NCBI GenBank assembly: GCA_022566515.1 | Contig: JADFIT010000003.1 | Location: forward strand, 1-61,399 | Length of the DNA stretch: 61,399 nucleotides | Reading direction: 5' to 3' | DNA from: Gemmatimonadota bacterium | GTDB lineage: Bacteria; Gemmatimonadota; Gemmatimonadetes; Gemmatimonadales; GWC2-71-9 | Part shown: positions 25,467-35,160 of the stretch, piece by piece | How positions within the stretch are numbered: the stretch's first letter is position 1 | How the letters are laid out: each line of letters opens with the position of its first letter | The notes under the pieces: model-generated | What the model saw: the letters and a program-made list of their open reading frames with translations, nothing else | Database searches by the model: none | What the model was told of the DNA's origin: nothing | Position numbers and translations under genes: made by a program

Positions 25467-27277
25467 CTCTTCCAATGGTTTAGGATCCGTTCGGCCAGAC
25501 GAATGGAGAAGCTCGGCAGTGCTGCTATCTCCTCGACGGTTGCGAGACGAACTCCCGCCAGACTGCCAAACCGCTCCAACAACAACCGTCTTCGCGAGGG
25601 CCCCACCCCGGGAATGCTCAGCAATTCCGATGTCAGGGTGCGTGCGGCACGCCTCTTTCGATTGTAGGAAACGGCAAAGCGATGTGCCTCGTCTCGAGCG
25701 CGTTGCAGGAGCTTCAGAGAAGGGGCCCTGCGCGGCAACCGAAGGCTCTCCTTGCGCCCGGGAAGAAAAATCTCTTCGTCGCGCTTGGCAAGGCTGACAA
25801 CGGGAAGGGCCTCGACACCGTGTTCCGAGAGCGCTTTCAGGGCCGCGTTCAGCTGTCCCTTGCCACCGTCTACGATCATCAGGTCGGGCAGCTTCTTCTT
25901 CTCTGCAACCCGTCTGGCAACGAACCGTGACACTACCTGGTGCACGGCCGCGAAGTCATCCTGACGGGCCTCCTCGCCGTTGATCTTGAAGCGTCGATAT
26001 TCGCTCTTCTTGGGGCGTCCACCATCGAACCACACGAGCGAGCCCACCGTGTCCTTCCCCTGACTCGTAGAGATATCGACACACACGAGACTGCGCGGCA
26101 CTACAGTCATTCCGAGGTCTCGCCCTAGGGCATACACGGGATCCTCTGCCCGTTCATCGGTCTCCAGGGACTCGATCTTGAGACTCTCGAGAAGGTGCCG
26201 GGCGTTCTGGTCGGCCAACTCTACCAACCTGTGATTCACGCCGCGGTGCGGCAGGAGCCATCGCGCTTTGGGGAGGAGTTCGCCGATCTTGTCTAACTCG
26301 CTCGGCGGGAACGGCAGCACGACCCGGCGCCCCTCTGCCTCGGCGGGCACGTAGTAGCGCACGAGAAACGCGCTCAACACCGCCTCATCCGGCTCCTCCG
26401 CGAGGTTGGTGAGAAACCGGTGCTCCACCGCCACCACCTTCCCCTGGCGAACGCGGAGCGTCACGCCGACCGCATCGTCTCCGTCCCGGGCGTACCCTAT
26501 AGCGTCCGCATCACCCGCACCTACCACTTCCATCGTCTGCGGCTTCTCCAGCTGCTCCAGCCAACGGATCGAGTTTCGCAGTCCGGCGGCTCGTTCGTAC
26601 TCCAATCGTGCCGCCGCCTCTTTCATCCGTTCACGCAGCCGCGTTCGTACCTCCACCGTCTTGCCCTCGAGAAACGCGATGACGTCGTCGATCATGCGGC
26701 GATAGTCGGATTGGGATTGCCATCCGACACACGGCGCGAGGCAGCGGTCGATGTGATAGTCGAGACATGGGCGGTCGGGATGGTCGGCCGGGAGACCGTA
26801 GTGGCATGATCGGACGGTGAAGATGCGCCGAATCACACGCAGTGTTCTGCGCAACCCGCCCACATCCGTATACGGACCGAAGAATCGCGCGCCTGGGATG
26901 TCGAGCCTGCGCACCACCAGCACCCGTGGAAACGGCTCGCCGAGCGTGACGGCGATATGGGGATAGCTCTTGTCGTCTTTGAGAGCGATGTTGAACCGCG
27001 GCCTGTACTCCTTGATCAGGTTGTTCTCCAGAAGCAAGGCTTGGGTCTCATTCGGAACGACGATGGTGTCGAGGTCCGCGATCTGGCGCAACAGGAGACG
27101 GTGCTTGGGGCTGTTCCGGTAGTCGGCGGCGACATAGGCACGCACGCGGGAGCGCAGCCGTTTGGCCTTCCCTACGTAGATGACTTTCCCCTCCGCATTC
27201 TTCCAGAGGTACACGCCCGGGCTATCGGGCAGCGCCGAAATCTTGCGGGCTATTTTCTCAGGAGGTTCCACGGGCAT
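25463..27277 (-). CDS. uvrC: Excinuclease ABC subunit UvrC
   Basis: GIY-YIG motif (GVYLWKNAEGKVIYVGKAKRLRSRV), a UVR domain, and RNase H-like/HhH C-terminal parts. ATG at 27277 (the track start at 27283 is TTG). Confidence 0.93.
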   Translation of the reverse strand: MPVEPPEKIARKISALPDSPGVYLWKNAEGKVIYVGKAKRLRSRVRAYVAADYRNSPKHRLLLRQIADLDTIVVPNETQALLLENNLIKEYRPRFNIALKDDKSYPHIAVTLGEPFPRVLVVRRLDIPGARFFGPYTDVGGLRRTLRVIRRIFTVRSCHYGLPADHPDRPCLDYHIDRCLAPCVGWQSQSDYRRMIDDVIAFLEGKTVEVRTRLRERMKEAAARLEYERAAGLRNSIRWLEQLEKPQTMEVVGAGDADAIGYARDGDDAVGVTLRVRQGKVVAVEHRFLTNLAEEPDEAVLSAFLVRYYVPAEAEGRRVVLPFPPSELDKIGELLPKARWLLPHRGVNHRLVELADQNARHLLESLKIESLETDERAEDPVYALGRDLGMTVVPRSLVCVDISTSQGKDTVGSLVWFDGGRPKKSEYRRFKINGEEARQDDFAAVHQVVSRFVARRVAEKKKLPDLMIVDGGKGQLNAALKALSEHGVEALPVVSLAKRDEEIFLPGRKESLRLPRRAPSLKLLQRARDEAHRFAVSYNRKRRAARTLTSELLSIPGVGPSRRRLLLERFGSLAGVRLATVEEIAALPSFSIRLAERILNHWKR

Positions 27278-27295
27278 AGCCAAATCAACCTGCTG

Positions 27296-28846
27296 TTACT
27301 CGCCGCCGATAGGCAGCAAACTACGGGCGTCCGGGTGCCGCATCAGAATCGTGACGACCAGATACACCAAGGCGAAGGTGCCGAGCGCAACAACCGCGCC
27401 GAGGAGTATCTGATCGGAGGGAACGAGGCGCCCCGCCAGCAACGCTGCGCCGGTTGCCATGAGCGATGCTCCAAGAGTCATGACAATGGATGACCGTTCG
27501 ACTTGGCCGATGATGCTCCCCGTCCGGCGTTCCAGGTAGACATAGTTGAGCAACAGATTCACATAGGCGGCGGTCGCAGAGCCGAGAGCAATCCCGGCGA
27601 CGCCCCAGAATCGCATGAACACCACGGCGAGCACGGCTGCGAGGACGACGGTCAAGGCTGCTACTCGGACGGGGGTGCGAGTATCACCTAGGGCGTAGTG
27701 GCCGGAGGTCAGCAGCCTGACGGAGGCCTGTGCGGGAATTCCAATGCTGTATGCAGCGAGCACGCCGGTAACCACTTGAGTCTGCGTAGCGTCGAAGCTT
27801 CCGGTTTGGTACAGCGCCGCCACCACGTGCGAGCCCAGAGCGGCGAACACGAAGGCCGAGGGAATCACGAAGAACGCGATCCGCCGGGCGCCATCAGCAA
27901 GACGGTCTCTGGTTGCCTGGGCCGACTCCACGGCTGCGTCTCGGCTCAACTCCGGCAGTGCGGCGGCGGCTATGCTGACACCAAAGAGGGAAACGGGAAG
28001 GATCGCCAACAACTGGGCGTAGGCGAGAAAAGCCACGCCACCGCCACCGGTGAAAGATCCCAACTGGGTGTCGATCACGCTCGAGATCTGCCACACTCCG
28101 GCGCCAAACACCACGGGCAGCCAGGCACGGAAAACGGTCTGCACGCCTTGCGCCTGCAATTGTAGAGCCCAGCGCAGGGCACCCGCCATGCGGACGGCAG
28201 TGGGAAGCTGCACGAGAACCTGTAGCACGCTTCCCACCAGCGCGCCCCAGGCCAGAGCCGTGATCAATTCCGTGCCTCTCCAACCGGCCAACCACGTGCC
28301 GAAGGCCAGGAGGGTGGCGATCTGCGCGATGTTCCACAGCGTTGGCGCCGCGTAGGAAAGAAAGAAGCGCCGGTGCGTGTTGAGCACACCGAGGCACCAT
28401 GCGGAGAGAATCATGACGCCCGCCATCGGGAACAGGATTCGAACCAACCCGATCGTCAGGCTCCGAGTCGCAGCGCCGAATCCCGGGGCCACCACGCTAG
28501 TGACGACCGGTGCCAGCACCGCACCTAGCACCGACCCGATGATAGCCACGATCACGAGTAGCGACGCAACGATACTCGATAGGCGGCGGGCGGCTTCCCG
28601 CTCCTCCCGCTGGAGCATCGATGCGTACACCGGAATGAACGAGGCGGACAGCGTCCCTTCGCCAAGCAGGTTCCTGATGATGTTGGGAATGCGTAGCGCT
28701 GCACGGAACGCGTCGGCTTCCCGTCCGCTGCCGAAGTAGTGCGCAAACACACGTTCTCTGACGAGCCCAAGTATTCGCGTCACCAGAATGCCAGCCGCAA
28801 CGCGAGCGGCAGGACGACCCCGGCGGTCTCCGGGCGGTGGGTTCAC
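27296..28846 (-). CDS. murJ: Lipid II flippase MurJ (MviN)
   Basis: RILGLVRERVFAHYFGSGREADAFRAALRIPNIIRNLLGEGTLSASFIPVY and about 14 TM helices. Confidence 0.9.
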   Translation of the reverse strand: MNPPPGDRRGRPAARVAAGILVTRILGLVRERVFAHYFGSGREADAFRAALRIPNIIRNLLGEGTLSASFIPVYASMLQREEREAARRLSSIVASLLVIVAIIGSVLGAVLAPVVTSVVAPGFGAATRSLTIGLVRILFPMAGVMILSAWCLGVLNTHRRFFLSYAAPTLWNIAQIATLLAFGTWLAGWRGTELITALAWGALVGSVLQVLVQLPTAVRMAGALRWALQLQAQGVQTVFRAWLPVVFGAGVWQISSVIDTQLGSFTGGGGVAFLAYAQLLAILPVSLFGVSIAAAALPELSRDAAVESAQATRDRLADGARRIAFFVIPSAFVFAALGSHVVAALYQTGSFDATQTQVVTGVLAAYSIGIPAQASVRLLTSGHYALGDTRTPVRVAALTVVLAAVLAVVFMRFWGVAGIALGSATAAYVNLLLNYVYLERRTGSIIGQVERSSIVMTLGASLMATGAALLAGRLVPSDQILLGAVVALGTFALVYLVVTILMRHPDARSLLPIGGE

Positions 28847-28897
28847 GGTGTTACCGGTTGGCAGGCGGAAGGGTACGGTGGGGTCATCGGCGGTGGG

Positions 28898-30445
28898 CTA
28901 GGGACGCCGTGGCACCGGTGCGAGGCCTTTGGCCCAAGCTTCGCAGGATGCCTCGGCCTCTTGCAGAAAACTCGGCCCGTACTTCACGAGGTATTGCAAG
29001 ATGTTGAACACGCGCTCCTGGGGCCGCCCGTTCGGAAGGACAGCGTTCCTCGCGTTCGCTATTCGCTGCACCAGCGTCTCGTTCTGTTGCTTTAGCCGTG
29101 AGATGAATCGCTTCTCTACGTGCTCCAGCCCGCTCGCTATTTGATGGCGAACGTGCTCGATCGGCTTCTCGAGCGTTTGATCTATCTGCTTCGCGGCCGC
29201 CGTCAGCTGCGAGAATTGCACCTCGACGGTCTCCCGTAGCAGCTCCAGTGCGCTGGCTGCATTTGGGGGCATGGCGTCCTGGACGAGTCGAGCCTCGAGC
29301 CGCCCCTCCGACACAGCAAAATCCTCCGGCGTCAGATCATACCGATCCAGCGTCTTCCGCACTCTGGCCTCGATGATTCGAGCCGACCAACGCGGAACGA
29401 AAACTTGGGGCGTCACGCCCAGGACCTCGTAGACCGGTGCGGCCTGGGGGAAATAGGCCATCTCGCCGGGCCCGGCGATATATGCCACTGTTGGCAGAAT
29501 GGCGGCTTCGACCACCGGCCGCAGCAACACATTAGCCGACAATCGTTCGGGCGCAGTCTTGGCCAATTCCCGCAGCGCCGGCAATGTCCACTTTTCTCCG
29601 GCCCGCCTCGTCAAGAAACCGGTGCCATCCATGATCAAGCGGTCACGTCCCATCGACCCGTCGACCATCACCAGCGTATTACCGGCCTGTATCGTTACCG
29701 GTACCGCCTTGCCCGCCGTCTCCAGTTCCTTGGCCTTTAGCTGTAGACTCTCGTCCAACTCGGCGGCGTGCTCCAGTGCCTCCATCATCCATGGCGCCGA
29801 CACCGCCTTGGCGGTGGAATGGGTTGGATGGAACACAATCAGCCCAGCGGGACCGAGGAGTTCCGCCAATGAATCCCCGAACGCCGTGGCCATGTCATTC
29901 CCGGGCCGGTAGTGTCGTTCCAGCCACGCCATCGCATCGGCGCGGAACTCTGTATCGGGCATCAATTCGTTCACCCGGGCGATGAGTCCCTCGATCTCCG
30001 GGCCCAATTGGTCTCGGTACAACGGTGTAGAGGGCGCACCGACTTCACGGGAGGGAAGCTCAATACGTTCGAGTTTGTTTGCACTAGAGAGGAGGGTGAC
30101 ATGGCTTGCCTCGGCAAAATCATGATCGTCCCCGGCAACCCAAAACACGGGCACGACCGGACGACCCAGGGCGGCCTCACACTCACGAGCCAACACCACG
30201 GCAGAAATGGCCTTGTACACTGTAAAGAGCGGGCCGGTAAACAAGCCGGGCTGTTGACCGCTTGTCACACATAGGGCATCACCACTCAACAGACGGTCGA
30301 TGTTCTCCAGGGCGCGAGGGTGCTGCCCCACAAGGGCCGGGCGCAATACGGGATCGATTGTCACGCCACGATCCAAGGCGGGCGTCAGTTCGATGCCCGC
30401 GCCGGCGTCGATGAGGGCGGGGGCGGACTGGATCTCGAGCGTCAT
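28898..30445 (-). CDS. bshC: Bacillithiol biosynthesis cysteine-adding enzyme BshC
   Basis: GQQPGLFTGPLFTVYKAISAVVLA, PVFWVAGDDHDFAE, IAGPGEMAYF, and C-terminal QERVFNILQYLVKYGPSF match the BshC/YllA family. ATGA overlap with the upstream gene. Confidence 0.82.
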   Translation of the reverse strand: MTLEIQSAPALIDAGAGIELTPALDRGVTIDPVLRPALVGQHPRALENIDRLLSGDALCVTSGQQPGLFTGPLFTVYKAISAVVLARECEAALGRPVVPVFWVAGDDHDFAEASHVTLLSSANKLERIELPSREVGAPSTPLYRDQLGPEIEGLIARVNELMPDTEFRADAMAWLERHYRPGNDMATAFGDSLAELLGPAGLIVFHPTHSTAKAVSAPWMMEALEHAAELDESLQLKAKELETAGKAVPVTIQAGNTLVMVDGSMGRDRLIMDGTGFLTRRAGEKWTLPALRELAKTAPERLSANVLLRPVVEAAILPTVAYIAGPGEMAYFPQAAPVYEVLGVTPQVFVPRWSARIIEARVRKTLDRYDLTPEDFAVSEGRLEARLVQDAMPPNAASALELLRETVEVQFSQLTAAAKQIDQTLEKPIEHVRHQIASGLEHVEKRFISRLKQQNETLVQRIANARNAVLPNGRPQERVFNILQYLVKYGPSFLQEAEASCEAWAKGLAPVPRRP

Positions 30446-31164
30446 TGCCGCTGAGCCACGATGATGGCCCGGGGAGCGTCTCGCCCCAACTCGTCACCAG
30501 CATAGCTGCCGAAGCGCTGGACGACGTGCAGCCCTGCCTGTCCCATCATTTCCGCCAGATCATCTGCCGAGAACAAACGAACCCGTTCCAGGAAACGGCG
30601 CCCGTCATCGACCATGTGCATTTCCTTCACGACAAACCTTTGATCATCACTCAGCCTCCGTTCGATGGCTACCTGTTGGGTTCCGAATTTCCGCTCCTCG
30701 TGCGGCACCAGATTCGCGCGCACTGAATCGGCATTGAGAAAATCCATGAACAGCTTCCCACCCGGCACCAGGGCATCGGCCACGCCGCGGATGACCTGCG
30801 CGTGCTCCCGATCGTCCGCGAAGTAACCGAAACTGGTGAACAAATTGACGACGAGGTCGAACGCTCCGTGGCAAAACGGAAGATGTCGCATGTCTCCCCG
30901 CACCAGCGAGGATAACGGCGGGGTGCCGTGTCTTGCGCGGCTCAGCAGCGGCATGGATAAATCAAGTCCAAAAACCGTGGCGCCGCGTTGTGCCAGCCGG
31001 GCGGCATGCCTCCCCGGACCACACCCCAGATCCAGCACCCTCGCTCCATCGAGTTTGGCGACCCGGTCGATCAGCGCAACGGCTCGCTCCGCGTCCGCTT
31101 CATCCCGGTGCGGGTACAACCGAAGGTACTCTTCCCCGAACCATTCCTCGAACCATTCTGTCAC
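30442..31164 (-). CDS. Class I SAM-dependent methyltransferase
   Basis: Motif I VLDLGCGPGRHA. The start is set at GTG 31164, forming a GTGA overlap with the AMMECR1 stop. The track start at 31248 would overlap that gene by 88 nt. Confidence 0.8.
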   Translation of the reverse strand: MTEWFEEWFGEEYLRLYPHRDEADAERAVALIDRVAKLDGARVLDLGCGPGRHAARLAQRGATVFGLDLSMPLLSRARHGTPPLSSLVRGDMRHLPFCHGAFDLVVNLFTSFGYFADDREHAQVIRGVADALVPGGKLFMDFLNADSVRANLVPHEERKFGTQQVAIERRLSDDQRFVVKEMHMVDDGRRFLERVRLFSADDLAEMMGQAGLHVVQRFGSYAGDELGRDAPRAIIVAQRQ

Positions 31165-31742
31165 TCGCCAAACACCTCGGCCTCGAAGACGCTGATCGTC
31201 ACGTTGGCATCCTGCCACGCTGACGCCGGAAGTTCCGCCTTGCGACATGCCAGTTGCAGAAATTCTTCCACGTCACAGCCAAATTCCGTCGCCACCTGAG
31301 GCAGCAACAAACCCACGTTGTGCCCGCTGCGGATGACGAGCCCATGCCGGCCGATCACTATTTCGTCCCGCGTCGCCGCGACAGGCTCCGAGAGACGTGA
31401 GATCTCGATCTGCACATGGGGAGCTTCCTCTGGCGTCACCGGGGGAAACCTGGGGTCCTGTGTGGCGGCGTCCCGTGTCATTTCTCCAACCACCACACCA
31501 AGAGGCCGGCTGGCGCGTGTCCGGCCCAGGCAACCCCGCAGCTCTGTGCCACAGCGCAGCGTTACAAACACCGCCGACCTCTCGTTCAAGACCCCTCCCC
31601 GTGGCGGCTCGCCGGGCGAGCGACCCTCCACCACAGCCATGAGAGTTGCACGGGCATACTCGAGCAGGCGTCTACGAACGTCCTGAGAAAGTGGCTCAAT
31701 CACCTTTGTGGTATGGTTCGCCTTTGAGGATGGTATTGCCAC
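31161..31742 (-). CDS. AMMECR1-domain protein (AmmeMemoRadiSam system protein A family)
   Basis: GAVFVTLRCGTELRGCLG and HGLVIRSGHNVGLLLPQV. The start is uncertain (GTG 31742 or GTG 31703), and both overlap the rlmH end. Confidence 0.8.
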   Translation of the reverse strand: MAIPSSKANHTTKVIEPLSQDVRRRLLEYARATLMAVVEGRSPGEPPRGGVLNERSAVFVTLRCGTELRGCLGRTRASRPLGVVVGEMTRDAATQDPRFPPVTPEEAPHVQIEISRLSEPVAATRDEIVIGRHGLVIRSGHNVGLLLPQVATEFGCDVEEFLQLACRKAELPASAWQDANVTISVFEAEVFGE

Positions 31743-32166
31743 GATAAATCTGCTCCAGGAGCACGAGCCTGGCCAACTCGTGTGGGAGCGTCATATCGGA
31801 CAGGCGGATGGTCTCGTCACATCGCCGTTGCAGCGACCCGTCCAATCCGTAGGCACCGCCGATAAAGAACGCCAGATCCCGACCTGCCTGACGCCACTTG
31901 TCGAGTTTGGCGGCAAACGCACGACTGTCCAACCGGCACCCACCTCGCGAAACAGCGACGAGCCGAGCATTGGACGGCGCCGCATCGAGCAACGCCTCGG
32001 CCTCTTCATGCAAGATTACCTTGGGGGATTTCGAGCGACGAGAGCCGTCCGGCACCTCGTGTATGTGCAGCTTAGCGTAGCGACGGACTCGTCCAACGTA
32101 GTCGTCGCATGCGGTGCTGAAGCCGGAATGGCGGACCCTTCCCACCGCAACTATATGAAACACCAT
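31696..32166 (-). CDS. rlmH: 23S rRNA (pseudouridine1915-N3)-methyltransferase RlmH
   Basis: SPOUT fold with FFIGGAYGL, LSDMTLPHELARLVLLEQIYR and a terminal GEPYHK. ATG 32166 overlaps the gdh stop (TGATG). Confidence 0.88.
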   Translation of the reverse strand: MVFHIVAVGRVRHSGFSTACDDYVGRVRRYAKLHIHEVPDGSRRSKSPKVILHEEAEALLDAAPSNARLVAVSRGGCRLDSRAFAAKLDKWRQAGRDLAFFIGGAYGLDGSLQRRCDETIRLSDMTLPHELARLVLLEQIYRGNTILKGEPYHKGD

Positions 32167-33485
32167 CAAGCATACATCCCGCGAATGCGGTGGACCGCCG
32201 CCACTCGCTCGACAGACAACATATAAGCTGCCGTTCGCATATCCACCGAGTGGCGTTTGGAAACTTCCAACACGTCGGCAAACGACCGAACCGTAATCGC
32301 CTCCAGACGATCTACCACCGTTTTCTCATCCCAAAAATAGCCGCTTCGATTCTGAACCCACTCGAAATAGCTCACCGTCACGCCGCCGGCGTTTGCCAGA
32401 ATGTCGGGGATGACGAACACGCCCTTGTCCTCCAGAATCCGGTCCGCCGCAGCCGTGGTCGGACCGTTCGCACCTTCGCAGATGACCTTCGTATTGATTC
32501 CCGCAGCGTTCCGTCGCGTGATCACGTTCTCGACCGCGGCGGGCAACAACACATCGAGTTCGAGCGACAACAACTCCTCATTGCTGATCGCATCGCCGCC
32601 GGGATACCCGTCGAGATAACGATTCTCTCGAACCCACTGCAGCGCCTCGTCGATGTAAATCCCGTTCTCGTTATACACTCCCGTCGACGCATCGCTTACC
32701 GCTACCACCGTCAACCCTTCCTGCCCCAACAGCTTCGCAGCGACAGAGCCGACGTTGCCGAATCCTTGAACGGCAACCCGTGACCCACGCACCGGCAACC
32801 CAAGGTGCTTGAGGGCTTCCTTCGTCACGATCATGCACCCGCGGCCCGTCGCCTCGCGGCGGCCCAGTGAACCCCCGATCTCTATCGGCTTGCCGGTTAC
32901 GACACCATGCGACGCCGATTGCTTGTGCATGGCATATGTGTCCATGATCCACGCCATGACCCGCTCGTTGGTGTTAACATCGGGCGCGGGAATGTCCGAC
33001 TCCGGACCCAGGACGTTGATCAATGCTGCCGTGTATCTGCGCGTAACCCGCTCGAGTTCGGCATCTGAGAGCTTGGTCGGATCGCACACCACACCACCCT
33101 TCGCGCCCCCGAACGGAATATTCACCACGGCACACTTCCACGTCATCCACGCCGCTAGCGCCTTGACCTCGTCGATCGTCACATTGGGATCGAACCGAAT
33201 CCCACCCTTCCCCGGCCCCCGGGAAGTGTTGTGGATCACCCGGTATCCGGTGAAGACCTCGACATCACCGGTGTCCAGTTGAATCGGTATCGATACGATG
33301 ATCTGCTTCTCGGGCTGACGGAGAACCTTATAAATCCCCGGATCGAGGCTCACGAGTTCGGCCGCATGGTCAAACCGCGCCATCATATCCTCGAAAGGAT
33401 TGTCGTCCCCAAAGTTTGGCTCTTGCGCGACCCCGGCTACCGGAACGTCGCTTGCAACAGTGTCAACGGGGCTATTCTTGGTCAT
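32166..33485 (-). CDS. Glutamate dehydrogenase (Glu/Leu/Phe/Val dehydrogenase family)
   Basis: GPGKGGIRF, AAWMTWKCAVVNIPFGGAKGG, and the Rossmann motif VQGFGNVG. Confidence 0.92.
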   Translation of the reverse strand: MTKNSPVDTVASDVPVAGVAQEPNFGDDNPFEDMMARFDHAAELVSLDPGIYKVLRQPEKQIIVSIPIQLDTGDVEVFTGYRVIHNTSRGPGKGGIRFDPNVTIDEVKALAAWMTWKCAVVNIPFGGAKGGVVCDPTKLSDAELERVTRRYTAALINVLGPESDIPAPDVNTNERVMAWIMDTYAMHKQSASHGVVTGKPIEIGGSLGRREATGRGCMIVTKEALKHLGLPVRGSRVAVQGFGNVGSVAAKLLGQEGLTVVAVSDASTGVYNENGIYIDEALQWVRENRYLDGYPGGDAISNEELLSLELDVLLPAAVENVITRRNAAGINTKVICEGANGPTTAAADRILEDKGVFVIPDILANAGGVTVSYFEWVQNRSGYFWDEKTVVDRLEAITVRSFADVLEVSKRHSVDMRTAAYMLSVERVAAVHRIRGMYA

Positions 33486-34546
33486 GGGTCGCCGCCGACA
33501 GCCGGATCACCACGGAGCCGCGGAACCAAGTCGTCGACCCCGGCGACCACAGCGTCTAGGGCCGTCTCGAGTTCTCTTTGTCCGGTCTCCCATTCCACAT
33601 CCAAGGACGCCACAATCGGCTCAGGGGCATGGCCCGGCCACAGGGAACGGAGTTTGACAGCGTCCTTCTCGGTCACTACAACGTAATCAACCTTGCGAGA
33701 GGCTTGCACCATACGCTCCGTATCTTCATCGGTGAACTCGTGATGGTCCTCGAGGAGGAGCAGTCTAACCCGAGCGCCGAATTCGCTGCATTGGCCCGCA
33801 AAGGTATAGGGATCAGCAATACCGGCGGCGGCCAGCACGCTCGCTCCGTTCAGAGACTCGACCGGTACCTCCTCACCACTGAGCATCCCGGTGAATCCCG
33901 TCACTCCGAGCCGTGCGATGGCCACCGGCCGGTTGCGAGAAATCCGCCTCACCCGTCTCGCCATTTCCTCCGCCGAATGTCGATCGGCCCGCTTGCGCGT
34001 CACCACCACCAGATCGGCCCGCCGCAAAGCCTTCATGCCTTCGCGCCACGGCCCTGCAGGCAGCGTCCACCGAACGGCGCGGCTCGATTCGGTGCTCACG
34101 AGGACGATATTCAAGTCTCGAACAATATCCAGGCGCTGAAAAGCATCGTCCAGCACCACCACATCCGCACCGTTTGCCTCCGCTTCCAGAGCCCCCGCCA
34201 CACGATCGGGGTTCTCGATAACGATTGCCGACTCGGCCAGCTGCCGGTGAAGCTTCGCCTCGTCTCCCCCGTACCCCCGGAGAACGATTCCGGCCTGGAA
34301 GCCTCGATCTGCATAATATCGCGCAATCCAACTGCAGATCGGCGTCTTCCCCGAGCCACCCACCGTCAAGTTACCCACGGCTACCACCGGCAGGGGCACG
34401 TCCGCCTGGTGAAGCAACCCGGCCCGGTAGGCCCGCGTTCTCGCAGCCATGACGGCACGGTAGAACAACGAAGCAGGAAGGAGCGAAAGCCGCGCCAGCC
34501 GGGCCGCCAAGGAACGATTGCTCCACAACCATAGGGGCGTCAGCAC
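33482..34546 (-). CDS. lpxK: Tetraacyldisaccharide 4'-kinase LpxK
   Basis: P-loop VGNLTVGGSGKTP and RGYGG. It lies within the lpx cluster. Confidence 0.9.
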   Translation of the reverse strand: MLTPLWLWSNRSLAARLARLSLLPASLFYRAVMAARTRAYRAGLLHQADVPLPVVAVGNLTVGGSGKTPICSWIARYYADRGFQAGIVLRGYGGDEAKLHRQLAESAIVIENPDRVAGALEAEANGADVVVLDDAFQRLDIVRDLNIVLVSTESSRAVRWTLPAGPWREGMKALRRADLVVVTRKRADRHSAEEMARRVRRISRNRPVAIARLGVTGFTGMLSGEEVPVESLNGASVLAAAGIADPYTFAGQCSEFGARVRLLLLEDHHEFTDEDTERMVQASRKVDYVVVTEKDAVKLRSLWPGHAPEPIVASLDVEWETGQRELETALDAVVAGVDDLVPRLRGDPAVGGDP

Positions 34547-35160
34547 TTCGCCAACTCGCTCACCGCATCCAGGCGCTGCCGCAGCATTTCCGCCGCCGCC
34601 GACCGCGAGGCCTCGCCGGAAACTCGGAGGGGAACTCCATAGACTATGCGCACACGGGCGAATGGCTTGGGAATGCGCAACCCATCCCAGGAGCGCAATC
34701 GCCAGGAGGACGATGACAGGGCGGCAACCGGCACAATGGGCGCTCCGGTAGCTTGGGCGGCAGCGACCACTCCAGGCTTCACCACGCCGGCCGGCCCCCG
34801 GGGACCGTCGGGTGTGACGGCAATCTCACCCCCACCCCGCAAGATCTCCAGCATTCTCCGGAAAGCACCCGCTCCGCCCCTCGTAGATGACCCTCGAACC
34901 AACGCATATCCCCACGCCCGCGCCGCGCCGGCCAGGTAGCCACCGTCATCGTGTGCACTCACCAACAATGACGTGGCATCCCCTCGGTGGTACCAGACCA
35001 ACGGCAGGAGGTGACTGTGCCACGACGCAAAGACGAACGGCCGACCATGGCGACGCAACCCGTCGGGGTGCTCACGCCCACGAGCCTGCACGCGCCACGT
35101 CAGACCCAGCAGAGACACCAACACTCGAGCGATCACCGCCCCCGCCCCGATACGCCTCAA
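34540..35160 (-). CDS. DUF374-type lysophospholipid acyltransferase family protein
   Basis: FASWHSHLL..VSAHDDGGYLA..VRGSSTRGG..AVTPDGPRGP, in the typical position between lpxB and lpxK. Confidence 0.8.
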   Translation of the reverse strand: MRRIGAGAVIARVLVSLLGLTWRVQARGREHPDGLRRHGRPFVFASWHSHLLPLVWYHRGDATSLLVSAHDDGGYLAGAARAWGYALVRGSSTRGGAGAFRRMLEILRGGGEIAVTPDGPRGPAGVVKPGVVAAAQATGAPIVPVAALSSSSWRLRSWDGLRIPKPFARVRIVYGVPLRVSGEASRSAAAEMLRQRLDAVSELAKC

